Below, in pieces: positions 9,715-21,348 of a DNA stretch of 64,000 bases. Every line of letters begins with the position of its first letter. Position 1 is the first letter of the stretch. This stretch comes from an uncultured candidate division Zixibacteria bacterium (GTDB lineage Bacteria; Zixibacteria; MSB-5A5; GN15; FEB-12): assembly GCA_963806185.1 (NCBI GenBank), contig CAWDXE010000001.1, positions 480,001 through 544,000 of the forward strand, written 5' to 3'. The position numbers and the translations under genes were made by a program. The notes below the pieces were generated by a model, which did no database searches, was not told where the DNA came from, and worked only from the letters and a program-made list of their open reading frames with translations.

Positions 9715-10884
9715 TTATTGGATCGCCCCTTGGCTACGGAACGCCCAGTGGATGTCTTTTACTCGAGGGTCAGACAGAATCAGTTGACGATCAATCAGAT
9801 TGGTATCTGCAACTCGGCCCCTGAACAACTTCTCTCCATCGCGATAATAGACGGTATCTGACTCGATCCAGAGAACTTCGCCATAACCTTCAATATCTAA
9901 GGTGGTCAGCCGCATAGTCTGCGGATTCAGTAACAATAGCGATCCGGTGCGAAGTGAAAGTGCCCCTCTTGACTCACCCATATCAATAGGCAAATGCCTT
10001 TGGATAACCTCGCCAATCACCCATCCGTTGAGCGCTCGGACACTCGAGACATTGCCTGGCACGATGATCGATCGCCAAGTCCGTGCGGTTCGCGAAAAGA
10101 CGAGTAACTCTCGTTCGCTCTCGTCGTGATTGGGCACAGAAGTCATTACCATGAAGGTAGATTCGTGTGCAACGAGATTCCATCCCCTGGCGGTCTTCGT
10201 TTGAATCACGCTATCTGGCACGGGAAACGCCTCCATATCGATTCCTGACGTAGCCCATGCCGGCCGCACGGCCGGACCCGTGACTCTGTTGAACGGAACA
10301 AGATCTTCTCCGTCGACGAATAACCTCGTGCCCGCGAGACGCAAGTCACCATCCTGTTGTTCCTCGGACAGCTTAGCTGATTGGTCTGCTCGCAACGGAG
10401 AGACTCGTATAGTACGCGCTCTCGCACTACCAGTCCTTGACTTCGTATCCAGCGAAATCTGCCCGAGGGGAGTGCCCGTCACATATTGGTGCCACATCAG
10501 CACTCGGGCATCATCGGGAGGAGTAATATCTGTCACCAGTTGTCGAGTGGCTGTGGAAACCACTTGGATACTGCCATTGTGCTGACCGGACTGTGCAATA
10601 AGCAAGCACTCGGCTTCCGGGAACACGCGCACCGACTGCACGATCATAACAGGAGAAATCCAAAGCGTGTCCAGAGTATTGTTACTATCGAGGCTGTACA
10701 TCAACACACAAACAAATTCGCTATGGAGTGAATTTGGAAACTTGGGGGATTCGGACAAAAATACCAGCTTTGAAGTGTCAGTTGTCGATGCCCAGCTATG
10801 CGACACAATAATCAGGGCAGCGGCCAAGATGGCCAAGCAATGAGAAATCACTCTCGAAGTCATGACACAATGGGCACATTTCAT
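9715..10884 (-). CDS. Hypothetical secreted beta-rich protein
   Basis: 389-aa ORF with hydrophobic signal peptide (…SHSWA); GAGG RBS upstream. Confidence 0.6.
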   Translation of the reverse strand: MKCAHCVMTSRVISHCLAILAAALIIVSHSWASTTDTSKLVFLSESPKFPNSLHSEFVCVLMYSLDSNNTLDTLWISPVMIVQSVRVFPEAECLLIAQSGQHNGSIQVVSTATRQLVTDITPPDDARVLMWHQYVTGTPLGQISLDTKSRTGSARARTIRVSPLRADQSAKLSEEQQDGDLRLAGTRLFVDGEDLVPFNRVTGPAVRPAWATSGIDMEAFPVPDSVIQTKTARGWNLVAHESTFMVMTSVPNHDESERELLVFSRTARTWRSIIVPGNVSSVRALNGWVIGEVIQRHLPIDMGESRGALSLRTGSLLLLNPQTMRLTTLDIEGYGEVLWIESDTVYYRDGEKLFRGRVADTNLIDRQLILSDPRVKDIHWAFRSQGAIQ

Positions 10885-10888
10885 TGGT

Positions 10889-11174
10889 TCACTTGTCCTC
10901 TCTCAAACCGCTTGCTCGCAGATGCGTATTACCGCTGTCGACCGGCAATTGGCTCGGGGCAAATCTGCAAACGTCATTGACGTAGAAATTGGTGTGTAGA
11001 TTTTCAAGCGAATCACGATATAGCGATGAGTCGTTGACGCACCAAGTTCTCGAATTCAGGTCAAAATAGCAGAACCGTCGTTGTTCAATGGTCTGGCCAG
11101 GAGACGCCTGAATCCCAAGACCATTATACAATTTGATGGCACATGCGTTTTCAATAGGATTAGAACTGCTCAGA
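10889..11174 (-). pseudogene. 5'-truncated ORF fragment starting at the repeat boundary
   Basis: Frame is open from the repeat edge (LSSSNPIENACAIKLYN...REDK*) to a stop 4 bp before the next ATG; no convincing start codon. Confidence 0.4.
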
Positions 11175-11339
11175 CCACCGCGTACCCCACCTATCAGGTG
11201 GGTTCTTCCATTAGCGCTTTTCCCCTGACATCTCGAACCACACCACCGTCGCGGAGTACCTCCGCCCGTGTGACAGCAATATCGCCGCTCATCTCCATTA
11301 ACGCAATGTCGTGATTATTATAAGAGTAAAGCTCCCCCG
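11175..11339 (+). repeat. 165-bp direct repeat, copy 1
   Basis: Identical by eye to 12580-12744 (offset 1405). Confidence 0.95.
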
Positions 11340-11569
11340 AGCGGACGTTACTCGAACTTTTTCGGCGTTCATCGAGCATATGTGGAGCGCCGCGTGAAGC
11401 GGGGTCTACGAGACGCGTTCCGCAACAGGGTGGTCGAGAATGCGGCGTGAAACACGTTCCCCGTAACAGTGCAAACGGCCAGTCCCGGGAAGTCGCTAAG
11501 TTCTTCGTGTATAAAAGGTAAACCTCATCGCTCTCAACCTGCAGGGAGCGGGCGCTTCGGTTCTAATGA

Positions 11570-11596
11570 GGCAGGAGCGCAAGGCTCCTGCCCTAC
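11570..11596 (-). repeat. GTAG-type REP-like palindrome
   Basis: GTAG-GGCAGGAGC-CTTGC-GCTCCTGCC. Confidence 0.7.
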
Positions 11597-11703
11597 GAAC
11601 TACTGGGTACACGGAACATACCTGCCAAACTGCGCAGCCTCTTGTTGCCCAGGTTCGGGCGCTTGCCTCCACGGAGTGAAGTGCCGACCATATACCGAAT
11701 CGG

Positions 11704-12225
11704 CTATTTCAGACGGTGTATCCAAAACATGAAACTGCCGATGGCGAATAGTATTGTGCCGGAAAACACCCCAGCGGTCGCCCAAGCCCATTTCCTCCTC
11801 TCGGTTCCTGTCATTTTCTCAAAAGCGTGGAAGTAATCAAGATATTTGTCGTGCCTGAATAATAGGATATGGTTCACTGCAATTGCAGCGGCAATCAGTA
11901 TGACAATTTGATAGGTCCCAAGTCCGAATTCGGCCCTGGTTACTCCACAGTAGAAGTCCCGTAGTCCCAGGCAGAATAAGAAGACGAGGATGCCCATCGC
12001 GCCACCTGCAAAAATGCTACTCAGCCCGATGTCTGGCCTTTCCCAAGCGTGGTCTATTTCGCGGCGAATGTCAATATGCCTCCTTTTGTAGAGTCGCTTC
12101 AGCGAAGGTATCCGATGAAGAAGCACGAACGGATTGATTCTGTTAGTCATTCGGTGAAGTTCACAAACACCTCGATAGGTGAAGTAGTGCACGATATTCC
12201 AAAACCGCTCCACAAATTCCTCCAC
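11704..12225 (-). CDS. Membrane protein, putative immunity protein of the upstream toxin tip
   Basis: About 3 TM helices; GTG start 2 bp after the upstream stop; resembles, from recall, proteins found downstream of RHS toxins (FWNIVHYF...PDIGLSSI...DKYLDYF). Confidence 0.55.
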   Translation of the reverse strand: MEEFVERFWNIVHYFTYRGVCELHRMTNRINPFVLLHRIPSLKRLYKRRHIDIRREIDHAWERPDIGLSSIFAGGAMGILVFLFCLGLRDFYCGVTRAEFGLGTYQIVILIAAAIAVNHILLFRHDKYLDYFHAFEKMTGTERRKWAWATAGVFSGTILFAIGSFMFWIHRLK

Positions 12226-12227
12226 GG

Positions 12228-12579
12228 CTAGTGAAGAAGACCTAGGGCGTCCGAAGCTACGTCGGAACCCCATACGCCGCCAGCGATTCCGACAACCACA
12301 CCACCAATGATTGCACCCGGGGCTGCGCCGATGCCGCCAAACATTGCGCCAACAACTGCACCCGCCTCTGATCCTGCCACGGCACCGGCCCATGCACCCG
12401 CTATTCCTCCCACTGATTCGGCCGCCGCTTCCTGTGTGTTTTGGCCAATGGTCCCCCCATCCTCCATGTATCCAGCGCGAACATCAATGAACCCAAATGC
12501 AAACGCGGCAACCAGCGATCCCTTGCCAATTGCCTTTCCCAATCTGGCGGCGCTGTGGGTGACAATTCGCGCCCTGCTT
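12228..12579 (-). pseudogene. Orphan glycine-zipper C-terminal toxin fragment (RHS/polymorphic toxin-like), 5'-truncated at the repeat
   Basis: GSRARIVTHSAARLGKAIGKG...GGIAGAWAGAVAGSEAGAVVGAMFGGIGAAPGAIIGG, a long GxxxG zipper; frame is open up to the repeat edge. Confidence 0.55.
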
Positions 12580-12809
<230 letters not shown>

Positions 12810-12859
12810 GTATCAAGACTACCCCTTTGGCCTTTTTTGCCCGGCCAAAAGAGATCGTT

Positions 12860-12887
12860 AGTATACCCCTTTTCGGCTTTTTGTCAA
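12860..12887 (-). promoter_or_regulatory. Sigma-70 promoter of tRNA-Asn
   Basis: TTGACA-16 nt-TATACT about 50 bp upstream of the tRNA. Confidence 0.75.
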
Positions 12888-13057
12888 CGCCTTTTAACTC
12901 CCCCAATTGCCCGTGTCTCACCCCCTCCGAGTCGCCTCGCCGTTACATCCACCATATAACCCGCCCCTTATTCCCCAACGACTTGCCCACCACTGGAACA
13001 TTCATTTGCGGACTACGTACAATCTCCCAGTTCCGCTGTGACATAGCTTAGTAGGAG

Positions 13058-14042
13058 ATGACTATGAGAAAGAAATTCGCACTCCTGATTCTGCCGGCCG
13101 CAGCCATTTGCCTGCTCGCCGCCTGGCCCGCCCACGCACAGTCGAGCCGCAACGGTAATTCCGCCTGGCTCGGCATCTACACTCAGACGGTCGACAAAGA
13201 GATCGCCGAAACCTTCAAGCTCCCCTCCAGCGAAGGTGTCATGGTGAACCGGGTGATCGACGACTCCCCCGCCGACAAGGCCGGACTCCGCGAAGACGAC
13301 ATCATCCTCAAATTCAATAATCAAACCGTCAACAGCGCCAACGACCTGACACGCCTGGTACGCAGAAGCGACGTCGATGAGAAGATCACGCTCAATATCC
13401 TGCGTGACGGCAACCCGATGGACCTGACCGTCACACTGTCCAGCCGCGGTGAAGATTTCGATTGGTCCGAGTCGACTATTCCCGACGTGCCCGATGTTCC
13501 GGGCGTTCCAAAAATCTCCGGAATCCCGCACACCTTCTACTTCAGCACCGATGATCAGGCATATCTGGGTGTTTCCCTCAACTCCCTCTCCGATCAACTC
13601 GCCGACTACTTTGGAGTACAGTCGGGCACTCTTGTCTCCGAGGTCGACGAGGATTCGCCGGCTGCCAAAGCCGGTATCAAAGCAGGCGATATTATCACCC
13701 AGGTCGGTGACGAAAAGATCACCGACGCCGGCGACGTTCGGGAAATCATCAGTGATATGAAAGACGGCGAGAAAACCACCATCACTATCGTCCGCAACAA
13801 ACAGAATCAGACTCTGACGGTGGCCCCGGAAATCGACAAGAGCAACTCTCGCCACCGGGGCAGTTTCTACACTACCGACATCCCCAAAATTAAGCTCAAT
13901 TTGCCGAAGACTCGCGGCCTCTGGTACGGCAGCCCCGGGAATGGATCAGACAGCGACGATTTGCAGAAGGACTTGGATGACCTGCGCAAAGAGATGGATC
14001 GAGCTGCGCAAGGAGCTCCAGGAATTGCGTGGCGGCCACTAG
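13058..14042 (+). CDS. Secreted tandem-PDZ protein (no protease domain); apparent frameshift near 14000
   Basis: Signal peptide; two PDZ domains (AWLGI...DSPADKAGLREDDII; AYLGV...DSPAAKAGIKAGDII); corrected tail ELRKELQELRGGH*. Confidence 0.8.
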
Positions 14043-14096
14043 GAAAGCTCAAGAGGCTTTCGAGAAGCATCCCGGCCCGACCTTCCCCTTTCCGCC

Positions 14097-14135
14097 CGAC
14101 CCGCCCCCGTAAAACGGGGCGGGTCGCTGCTTTTT
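14097..14135 (+). terminator. Intrinsic terminator
   Basis: CGACCCGCCCC/GGGGCGGGTCG stem followed by a T tract. Confidence 0.55.
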
Positions 14136-14175
14136 GGTGTTGCCGCATGTGGTTGAGCCGGATTATCTTCCCGGT

Positions 14176-15148
14176 ATGGCAACCATCACCGTCGAGAAAG
14201 TATACCTGTCGCGGAATCAGGATCTGGAACTGACCCTCCTTTCCGCCACCGACTCCGGCATGCAGCGAGTCGTCCAGAACGCCGAGCTTCATCGCCCCGG
14301 CCTTGCCCTGACCGGCTTCTTCGAACGCTTCGCCTCAAAACGCATCCAGGTGCTGGGCGAAACCGAAATGACTTACATGAGCCGCCTCTCGCCCGATCGA
14401 CTGACCGACGTTGCCGATAAGGTCTTCGCCTTCGGCGTGCCCATGGTGATAATCACGAAAGGAATCATTCCGCCCACCGAATTCATTACCGCGGCCGACA
14501 ATCACAACACGGCCGTATTCTCCAGCCGCCTCTCGACCGCCGTGCTCGTCAGCCGATCTGGCCGCCTACCTTGACCACGTCTTCGCCCCCACCACCAATG
14601 TGCACGGGACTCTGGTCGACGTATACGGTGTCGGGCTGATGTACACCGGCAAGTCCGGCATCGGCAAGTCCGAGGTCGCCCTCGACCTGGTCGAGCGGGG
14701 ACACCGTCTGGTCGCCGATGACGTTGTGCGGATCACTCGCGTCGCTCCCGATGTCATTATCGGCTCCGGTTCTGATCTGCTCGGGCACCACATGGAAATT
14801 CGCGGCGTTGGCATTATCGACGTTGAAGAGCTCTTTGGCATTCGGTCGATTCGTCTCCAGAAGCGGATCGAGGTCGAAGTCCACCTCAGCCTTTGGTCAG
14901 AGACGGCCGATTACGAGCGACTGGGCGTCGAGGACACGCTGACTACCATTTTGGGAGTGGAAATCCCCATCGTCAATGTCCCGATCTCGCCCGGCAAAAA
15001 CATCACGGTGATCTCCGAAGTGATCGCCATGAATCATATGCTCAAGGTGTACGGCGAGAATTCGGCGGTCGAATTCTCCAAAAAACTCTCCCAGCGCCTT
15101 TCCCGACAGTCGATTACGCAGGATTATCTCGAATCCGACTATGAATAG
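14176..15148 (+). CDS. hprK: HPr(Ser) kinase/phosphorylase; apparent frameshift near 14550
   Basis: ELHRPGLALTGFF N-domain; HGTLVDVYGVG, GKSGIGKSE, LVADD, HHMEIRGVGII. Confidence 0.93.
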
Positions 15149-15177
15149 CTCGGCCCGATAACGGGCCGATTCGGGAC

Positions 15178-15206
15178 TTGGCAAATCGACGTATCCTTTG
15201 TATACT
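15178..15206 (+). promoter_or_regulatory. Putative sigma-70 promoter of the PPIase operon
   Basis: TTGGCA-17 nt-TATACT. Confidence 0.5.
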
Positions 15207-15298
15207 TGGCGATTTACGGGTCCATCGCTCCAACCTTTCGGAACGCCGGCCCCCGGTTATCAGTAGAACATGGGTGAACACCTGGAGGATATGACGAG

Positions 15299-17035
15299 AT
15301 GAGACGTGTATTGGCACTGGGCTTGATAGCGCTGGCCACATCGGCGGTACTTCTTGGCGGATGCGGGAAATCCAGCAGCGATGTCGTTGCCAAAGTCGGT
15401 GACACGAAGATCACGACCGACGATTTCAATTATATTGCCCCGGCTCCGCAGCAAACTTTTGCCACCGCTCAGGACGAGTTCGACAATCGCCGCGCCGCCC
15501 TGGACACGGTTATCAATACTCGACTTCTGGTCCAGGCCGCCTACGAGAAGAAACTCGATCAACAGGAAGAAGTCGCCCGAGTGATTCTGGCCAACAAGGA
15601 CAAGTTCCTGCTCGACGTTCTGTATCAGAAGGAAGTCATCGAAAAGGCCACCGTCTCCGATGCTGAGATCCGCGACTTCTATAATCATCTCAACAACCAG
15701 GTGCGCGTCTCGCACATTCTGGCCAGTACCGAGGACTCCGCCCGCATGATTTTCGACCGGGTCAAGGGAGGGGAGAACTTCGAGCAGTTGGCGTATGACC
15801 TCTCCAAGGATCCGTCGGCAAAACGCAATCGCGGCGACATGGGGTACTTCCTCTGGGGAGCCATGGTCGATGAATTCCAGGATGTCGCGTTCAAGATGGA
15901 AGTCGGCGAGGTTTCGCCGCCCGTCAAGACTCGCTTCGGCTATCATATCATCAAACTTGTCGACAAGAAGCCCAACGACCAGCTCGCCGAGTTCGATAAG
16001 ATGAAAGAGAACATCAAGGGCCAGTTGATCACACGCAAGCGGTACCAGTTGACCGAGGCCTACTTCGTCGATATCCGCAAGCGCTATCCGATCACGGTCG
16101 ATAGCTCAACCTGCCAGTATGTTCTGCACAAACGGGAAAATCTTTATCCGCCGCAGCTTCTGGCGGCCATGCCAAAAAGCGATTTTGACGACGAACAATT
16201 GGATCGAAACGAAAAGGATCTCGTCATCGCCACCTGGGGCGAAACCGGACAGGTCACCCTGTTTGATTATCTCACTTCTTCGCGCCAATTCCCCGTCCAG
16301 ATGAAGCCTGATCTGGACGATTACGATTCCGTCGCCGCGATAATCTTCGAATTAAAAAAGCCGGAGATTCTCGCCTATCAGGCCGCCAAAGAAGGTATCG
16401 AGAACGATCCCGAGTTCAAGCGCAAGATGCAGATATTTAAAGAGCTGAGCATGGCCGATATCATGCGCAATGATTCCATGTTCGTCCCCCAGCCCCCGAC
16501 AGAGGAGAATATTCGAGCCTACTATGACGCCCACCCGGAAGAGTATTCAATTCCGGCCCGCGCCCACGTCTACGAAATCCTCCTGAGCGACGAAATGCTG
16601 GCGACTAAACTGACCAAGGAGATTTCCTCCATAAAGGATTTCCAGGAAAAAGCCATGGATCTCACCGAACGGCCGGGCAAACGTACCAGCAACGGCGAGC
16701 TGGGATGGGTGGAACGAACCTGGTTTCCGGAAATCTTTGACGCCGCCTGGAAGACATCCGTCGGAGCCATCGGCGGACCTGTCGCTACCCAGGGGAAGTA
16801 CTCTATCTTCTACGTGGCCGACAAGATGGAAGCTCAGATGAAGGACTATATCGCGGTGAAGCGGGAGATTGCCTCCAAGATCAGCGCCGATAAGAAAAAG
16901 GAATTGTACACGCAATGGCTGGCCGACCGCCGCGCCAAAACCGACGTCGAAGTGTACGAGGACGCTCTCTGGAGCACGATTGATAAGAACAAGTACGCCG
17001 CAACCGGCGGCGCTGAGGCCCCAAAGACAAACTAG
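15299..17035 (+). CDS. Parvulin-type peptidyl-prolyl isomerase lipoprotein (PrsA/PpiD-like)
   Basis: Lipobox LGGC; VRVSHIL, GDMGYF, PVKTRFGYHII; a second PpiC domain. Confidence 0.88.
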   Translation: MRRVLALGLIALATSAVLLGGCGKSSSDVVAKVGDTKITTDDFNYIAPAPQQTFATAQDEFDNRRAALDTVINTRLLVQAAYEKKLDQQEEVARVILANKDKFLLDVLYQKEVIEKATVSDAEIRDFYNHLNNQVRVSHILASTEDSARMIFDRVKGGENFEQLAYDLSKDPSAKRNRGDMGYFLWGAMVDEFQDVAFKMEVGEVSPPVKTRFGYHIIKLVDKKPNDQLAEFDKMKENIKGQLITRKRYQLTEAYFVDIRKRYPITVDSSTCQYVLHKRENLYPPQLLAAMPKSDFDDEQLDRNEKDLVIATWGETGQVTLFDYLTSSRQFPVQMKPDLDDYDSVAAIIFELKKPEILAYQAAKEGIENDPEFKRKMQIFKELSMADIMRNDSMFVPQPPTEENIRAYYDAHPEEYSIPARAHVYEILLSDEMLATKLTKEISSIKDFQEKAMDLTERPGKRTSNGELGWVERTWFPEIFDAAWKTSVGAIGGPVATQGKYSIFYVADKMEAQMKDYIAVKREIASKISADKKKELYTQWLADRRAKTDVEVYEDALWSTIDKNKYAATGGAEAPKTN

Positions 17036-18337
17036 ATGACAAAATTACGCCCTTTCCTTTTCGTCGCGCTCGCTGCGCTCGCTTCGACGACACCCGCATT
17101 CGGCCAGCGTGAGACCGTTGACAAGATCGCCGTGGTCGTCGGTAACGAGATTATCCTCGCCTCCGAGGTCGCCAGCAGCATGCAGCGTCTCGTTCTGCAA
17201 ACCGGCGAACGGCCGAAGTCTGAGGAGGATGCTCAGAAGCTCCGCGACCAGGTGCTCAACCAGCTAATCGCGGATAAACTCTTCCTCGCCGAAGCAAAGA
17301 AAGACACGACTATCTCTGTACGCCCCGAGGAGGTTCAGCAGGCGGTCAAGGAACAAATGGCCCGCGTACGCGAAAATTTCACCACTGACGCCGAATTCGC
17401 CTCCGAGCTGCAAAAAGCGGGGATGACACAGCGCGACCTTGAACGTCAATACAGCGACGAACTGGAAAAACAGCTCCTCAAACAACGGTACATTCAGAAG
17501 AAGTTGATGACCGTGTCCATCTCGCGTCACGAAGTCGAGCAGTTCTACCAGCAATTCAAGGACTCCATCCCCAATCTCCCCGAACGCGTCCAGTTGGCTC
17601 ACATCCTCCTGCCGGTCGCGGCCTCTTCGAAAGTCGAGGACTCCGTCAAGGCCCTTGCTGCCGGGCTCCGCCAGCAGATTCTGGACGGTGCCGACTTTGC
17701 CACCCTCTCCTCTCGGTATTCCAGCGCCGGCGCCGGTGAAAATGGCGGCGACCTTGGGTATATCGCACGAGAGGATATCGCACCGGATTTTGCCCGCGCT
17801 GCCTTCAATCTCAATGTCGGTGAAATCTCGGGGGTGGTGCGCACCCAGTTCGGCTACCACATCATCAAGAATGAAAATCGCCGCGAAGACAAACTCAAGC
17901 TTCGCCATATCCTGTTGGCGGTCACACCCGGGGCAGATGACACCGCCCGTACCGTCCGGCTTGGCGATTCGCTGATGACCCTCATCAACAGTGGCAGTGA
18001 CTTCGCCGAATTGGCAAAGGCCTTCTCCAGTGACGATGAAACCCGCCCGCGCGGCGGTCAATTGGGCTGGTATGCCGCCGACAAGCTTCCGGACGATATC
18101 GCCGCCACGGTGAAAGACTGGAAAACGGTTGGTGAAATTCGCGGACCGGTCGTCACCAAGTTCGGCGTGCAAATCGTCAAACTCCTGGATTACCAGGAGC
18201 AGAAGCAGTTCAGCATCGACTCCGATTACGACCGGATCAAGGAAATGGCCCGTCAGGACAAGACGGCCCGCATGGTCGACAAGTGGGTCGAAGAGATCAA
18301 GTCACACTCGTACATCGACTACCGACTGGAAGGCTGA
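17036..18337 (+). CDS. surA: SurA-like periplasmic chaperone/PPIase
   Basis: VDKIAVVVGNEIIL SurA N-domain plus two PpiC domains. Confidence 0.8.
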   Translation: MTKLRPFLFVALAALASTTPAFGQRETVDKIAVVVGNEIILASEVASSMQRLVLQTGERPKSEEDAQKLRDQVLNQLIADKLFLAEAKKDTTISVRPEEVQQAVKEQMARVRENFTTDAEFASELQKAGMTQRDLERQYSDELEKQLLKQRYIQKKLMTVSISRHEVEQFYQQFKDSIPNLPERVQLAHILLPVAASSKVEDSVKALAAGLRQQILDGADFATLSSRYSSAGAGENGGDLGYIAREDIAPDFARAAFNLNVGEISGVVRTQFGYHIIKNENRREDKLKLRHILLAVTPGADDTARTVRLGDSLMTLINSGSDFAELAKAFSSDDETRPRGGQLGWYAADKLPDDIAATVKDWKTVGEIRGPVVTKFGVQIVKLLDYQEQKQFSIDSDYDRIKEMARQDKTARMVDKWVEEIKSHSYIDYRLEG

Positions 18338-18588
18338 TGCGGATCGACGACTACCTCTCCACCGTGGGCATCATCAAGCGCCGCACGATCGCCAAAGAAA
18401 TGGGCGATTCCGGCCTGCTGACTGTAAACGGCCGCAAGGTCAAGCCCTCCTACGACGTCAATCCGAACGATATCATTATCATCAAGGGCTCGCACCCGTT
18501 TCATGCCGAGGTGCTGTCCATCCCCCATGGCTCAGTCGCCAAAGCCGAGCGGTCAAAGTATTTCAAGGAACTCGGCCCCGCGGCCTGA
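18337..18588 (+). CDS. S4-domain RNA-binding protein (YabO/Hsp15-like)
   Basis: MRIDDYL...IIKRRTIAKE...VNGRKVKPS. Confidence 0.88.
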   Translation: MRIDDYLSTVGIIKRRTIAKEMGDSGLLTVNGRKVKPSYDVNPNDIIIIKGSHPFHAEVLSIPHGSVAKAERSKYFKELGPAA

Positions 18589-18706
18589 TATCGCTCTTCT
18601 GCTCCCTCGAAATCGCCGAACCAATTACTCACCATCGCTGTTCTATGTCTGAGCTTTGACGCCACCGGAGGTGGTCGGCTCACGTAATCGTTGCGAAGGA
18701 GTACTT

Positions 18707-20225
18707 TTGAAGACACCCCTGCCTAAGACCCTTGGTGAATTGAAACGCTCCGGCTGGGAAAGCCGAAGCGTCAAAGAGGAAATGCGCCGGAACTTGCTGG
18801 TCAAACTCGAAAAGAACGAACCGATATTTCCCGGCATAGTCGCTTTCGAAAAGACAGTCATCCCCCAACTCGTCAACGCCATCCTCTCGCGGCACCACAT
18901 CATCCTGCTGGGCTTGCGCGGACAGGCCAAGAGCCGCATTCTCCGACAATTGCATTACCTGCTCGACGAATTCCAACCGGTGGTCGCCGGTTCGTACCTT
19001 AACGAGGACCCGTACCACCCCATCTCACCCAAAGCCACTCAACTCATCGACGATATGGGCGACAAAACCCCCATCGAATGGCGCATCGCGCAGCGAACGG
19101 TACCATGAGAAACTCGCCACTCCCGACGTTTCCATCGCCGACCTGATCGGCGACATCGACCCGATCAAAGCCGCTCGCGAGAAACTCGATATCTCCAACA
19201 CCGAGGTCATCCACTGGGGCATCATCCCCCGCACCAACCGGGGCATCTTCGCCATCAACGAACTGCCCGACCTTCAGCCGCGCATTCAGGTCGGTCTGCT
19301 TGAATATTCTCGAAGAAGCCGATATCCAGGTCCGCGGCTTTCCGCTGCGCGTGCCGCTCGATATCTGCATGGTCTTTTCCGCCAACCCGGAAGATTACAC
19401 CAATCGCGGCAATATCATTACGCCGCTGAAAGACCGAATCGACTCGCAGATCATCACGCACTACCCGCGTACTGTCCAGCAGGCGAAGTCGATCACGCAC
19501 GCGGAAATCCAGCCCAAATCGACGTCGAAGATCACGGTGCCCGGAATTCATGCAGGACATCATCGAGGAAGTCGCCTTCGAGGCCCGCCAGAGTGAGTTT
19601 GTCGATCAGACTTCCGGCGTCTCGGCACGTGTGTCGATCTCCGCGTATGAGAACTTCCTCTCCAACATCGAACGCCGTGCCGTGCTGGCACAACGACAAG
19701 GATCTCTACCCGCGCATCTGCGACATCTACGCCATCATCCCGTCGATCACCGGCAAGATCGAACTGGTCTACGAGGGCGAGCAGGAAGGCGCCATTCTCG
19801 TCGCCCAGAATCTTATCGGCAAAGCGATCAACAAGGTCTTTCTGCAGTACTTCCCCGAGCCACCAAAGACAAACCGCGCTCCGATAATCGCGAGAGCCGT
19901 GGCCGCCGCCAGTCGTCAGGCCACGTCGGCCAACAATCCGTATGAGCTGGTTCTCGCCTGCTTCTCCAGCGGTAAGAAGTTGGAGTTGGCCGATGACCTG
20001 ACGTTCGACGAGTACCGCACCCGCCTGAACAGTGTGGGCGGCCTGAAGGAAGTCGTGAAGGAACACTTCCCAGCCTCCGACCCGCGCGAGGCGCTCCTGC
20101 GCATGGAACTGGTCCTCGAAGGCCTCCACCACAACAATATGCTCGCCCGTGAAGAAGTTGATTCGATGGTCCGCTACGGCGACGTCTTTTCTGACATGCT
20201 CCGCGGCATGGGAGGCGCCGATTGA
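18707..20225 (+). CDS. Magnesium-chelatase-like AAA+ ATPase; several apparent frameshifts
   Basis: [51 protein letters not shown] and SGVSARVSI are spread over successive frames. Confidence 0.85.
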
Positions 20226-21348
20226 AATTCATCTATTCCGAATGGGATGATGAGCAATTCAACCGCATCAAGAATCTCTCTCCGACTTGATGGCGATCTA
20301 CAATTATCTCCTGATGCGCCTCTCCGGCGACGTCGAGGAGACATTCGCCCTCATGCGCCGTCTGCAGGCGCAGGGGATGCTCGACGAAAAATACGATCTC
20401 GACGAATTCGAAAAGACCCTCAAAGAATCAGGCCTCATCAAGCAAGGCAAGAGCGGATCGCTCTGTCACTTTCGCCGCAAGGGTGAGCGCACGCTGCGCC
20501 AGGACGCCTTCGAACAGATGTTCGAAAAGATGCGCACCTCCGGCAAGGGCGATCATCGGCTGCCCCACGAGGGGGGAAGCTCCGACGAACCCTTACCGGA
20601 GAAACGCGAATTTCTCTTCGGCGACAATCCGCGCAATATCGATTTCACCTCGTCGCTGTTTAACAGCATCGTCCGCACCGCCGACCTCAATCTCGACATG
20701 AATGAAAAGGATCTCGAGGTGTACGAGACCGAGCGCTCGACCTCCTGCGCCACCGTCATGATGATCGATATCTCGCACTCGATGATTCTCTACGGCGAGG
20801 ATCGCATCACCCCGGCCAAACAGGTGGCGATGGCCTTCACGGAATTGATTTTGACGAAATATCCGAAGGATGACTTATCGATCGTGACTTTCGGCGACGA
20901 TGCCAGTGAGATTCAGATCAAAGACCTTGCCTATCTTTCGGTCGGCCCGTTTCACACGAACACGCAGGCCGGCCTCCGACTGGCGCGGCAGATTCTGCTC
21001 GCCAAGAAGCATGTGAACAAACAGATCTTTATGATTACTGACGGCAAGCCGTCGATGATCATTCGTCCCAACGGTCAGGTGTACAAAAATCCGGTGGGGC
21101 TTGACCCGCGCATCGTGAATCGTACGCTTGACGAGGCGGTGATCTGCCGCAAGAAGCGCATCCCGATCACGACTTTCATGGTGACTGATGATCCGTATCT
21201 GCAGCAATTCGTGGCCAAGCTGACCGAACTGAATCATGGCCGCGCCTATTTCTCGTCGGTCGACAATCTCGGCAAGTATGTCCTCTGGGATTTCGTGAAC
21301 AATCGGAAGAAGAATAAAGTAGGTCAGGCTCCCTGTGAGCCTGACTGA
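20222..21348 (+). CDS. vWA-domain protein, partner of the AAA ATPase; apparent frameshift near 20280
   Basis: MIDAS DISHSM, GPFHTNT, ITDGKPS. Confidence 0.87.
21319..21345 (+). repeat. GTAG-type REP-like palindrome inside the 3' end of the vWA gene
   Basis: GTAG-GTCAGGCTC-CCTGT-GAGCCTGAC. Confidence 0.7.

Noticed and set aside
11332..11360. Second tRNA gene at the internal att-like site
   Set aside because: Only the 3' acceptor strand and a T-loop-like motif are present; there is no D or anticodon arm.
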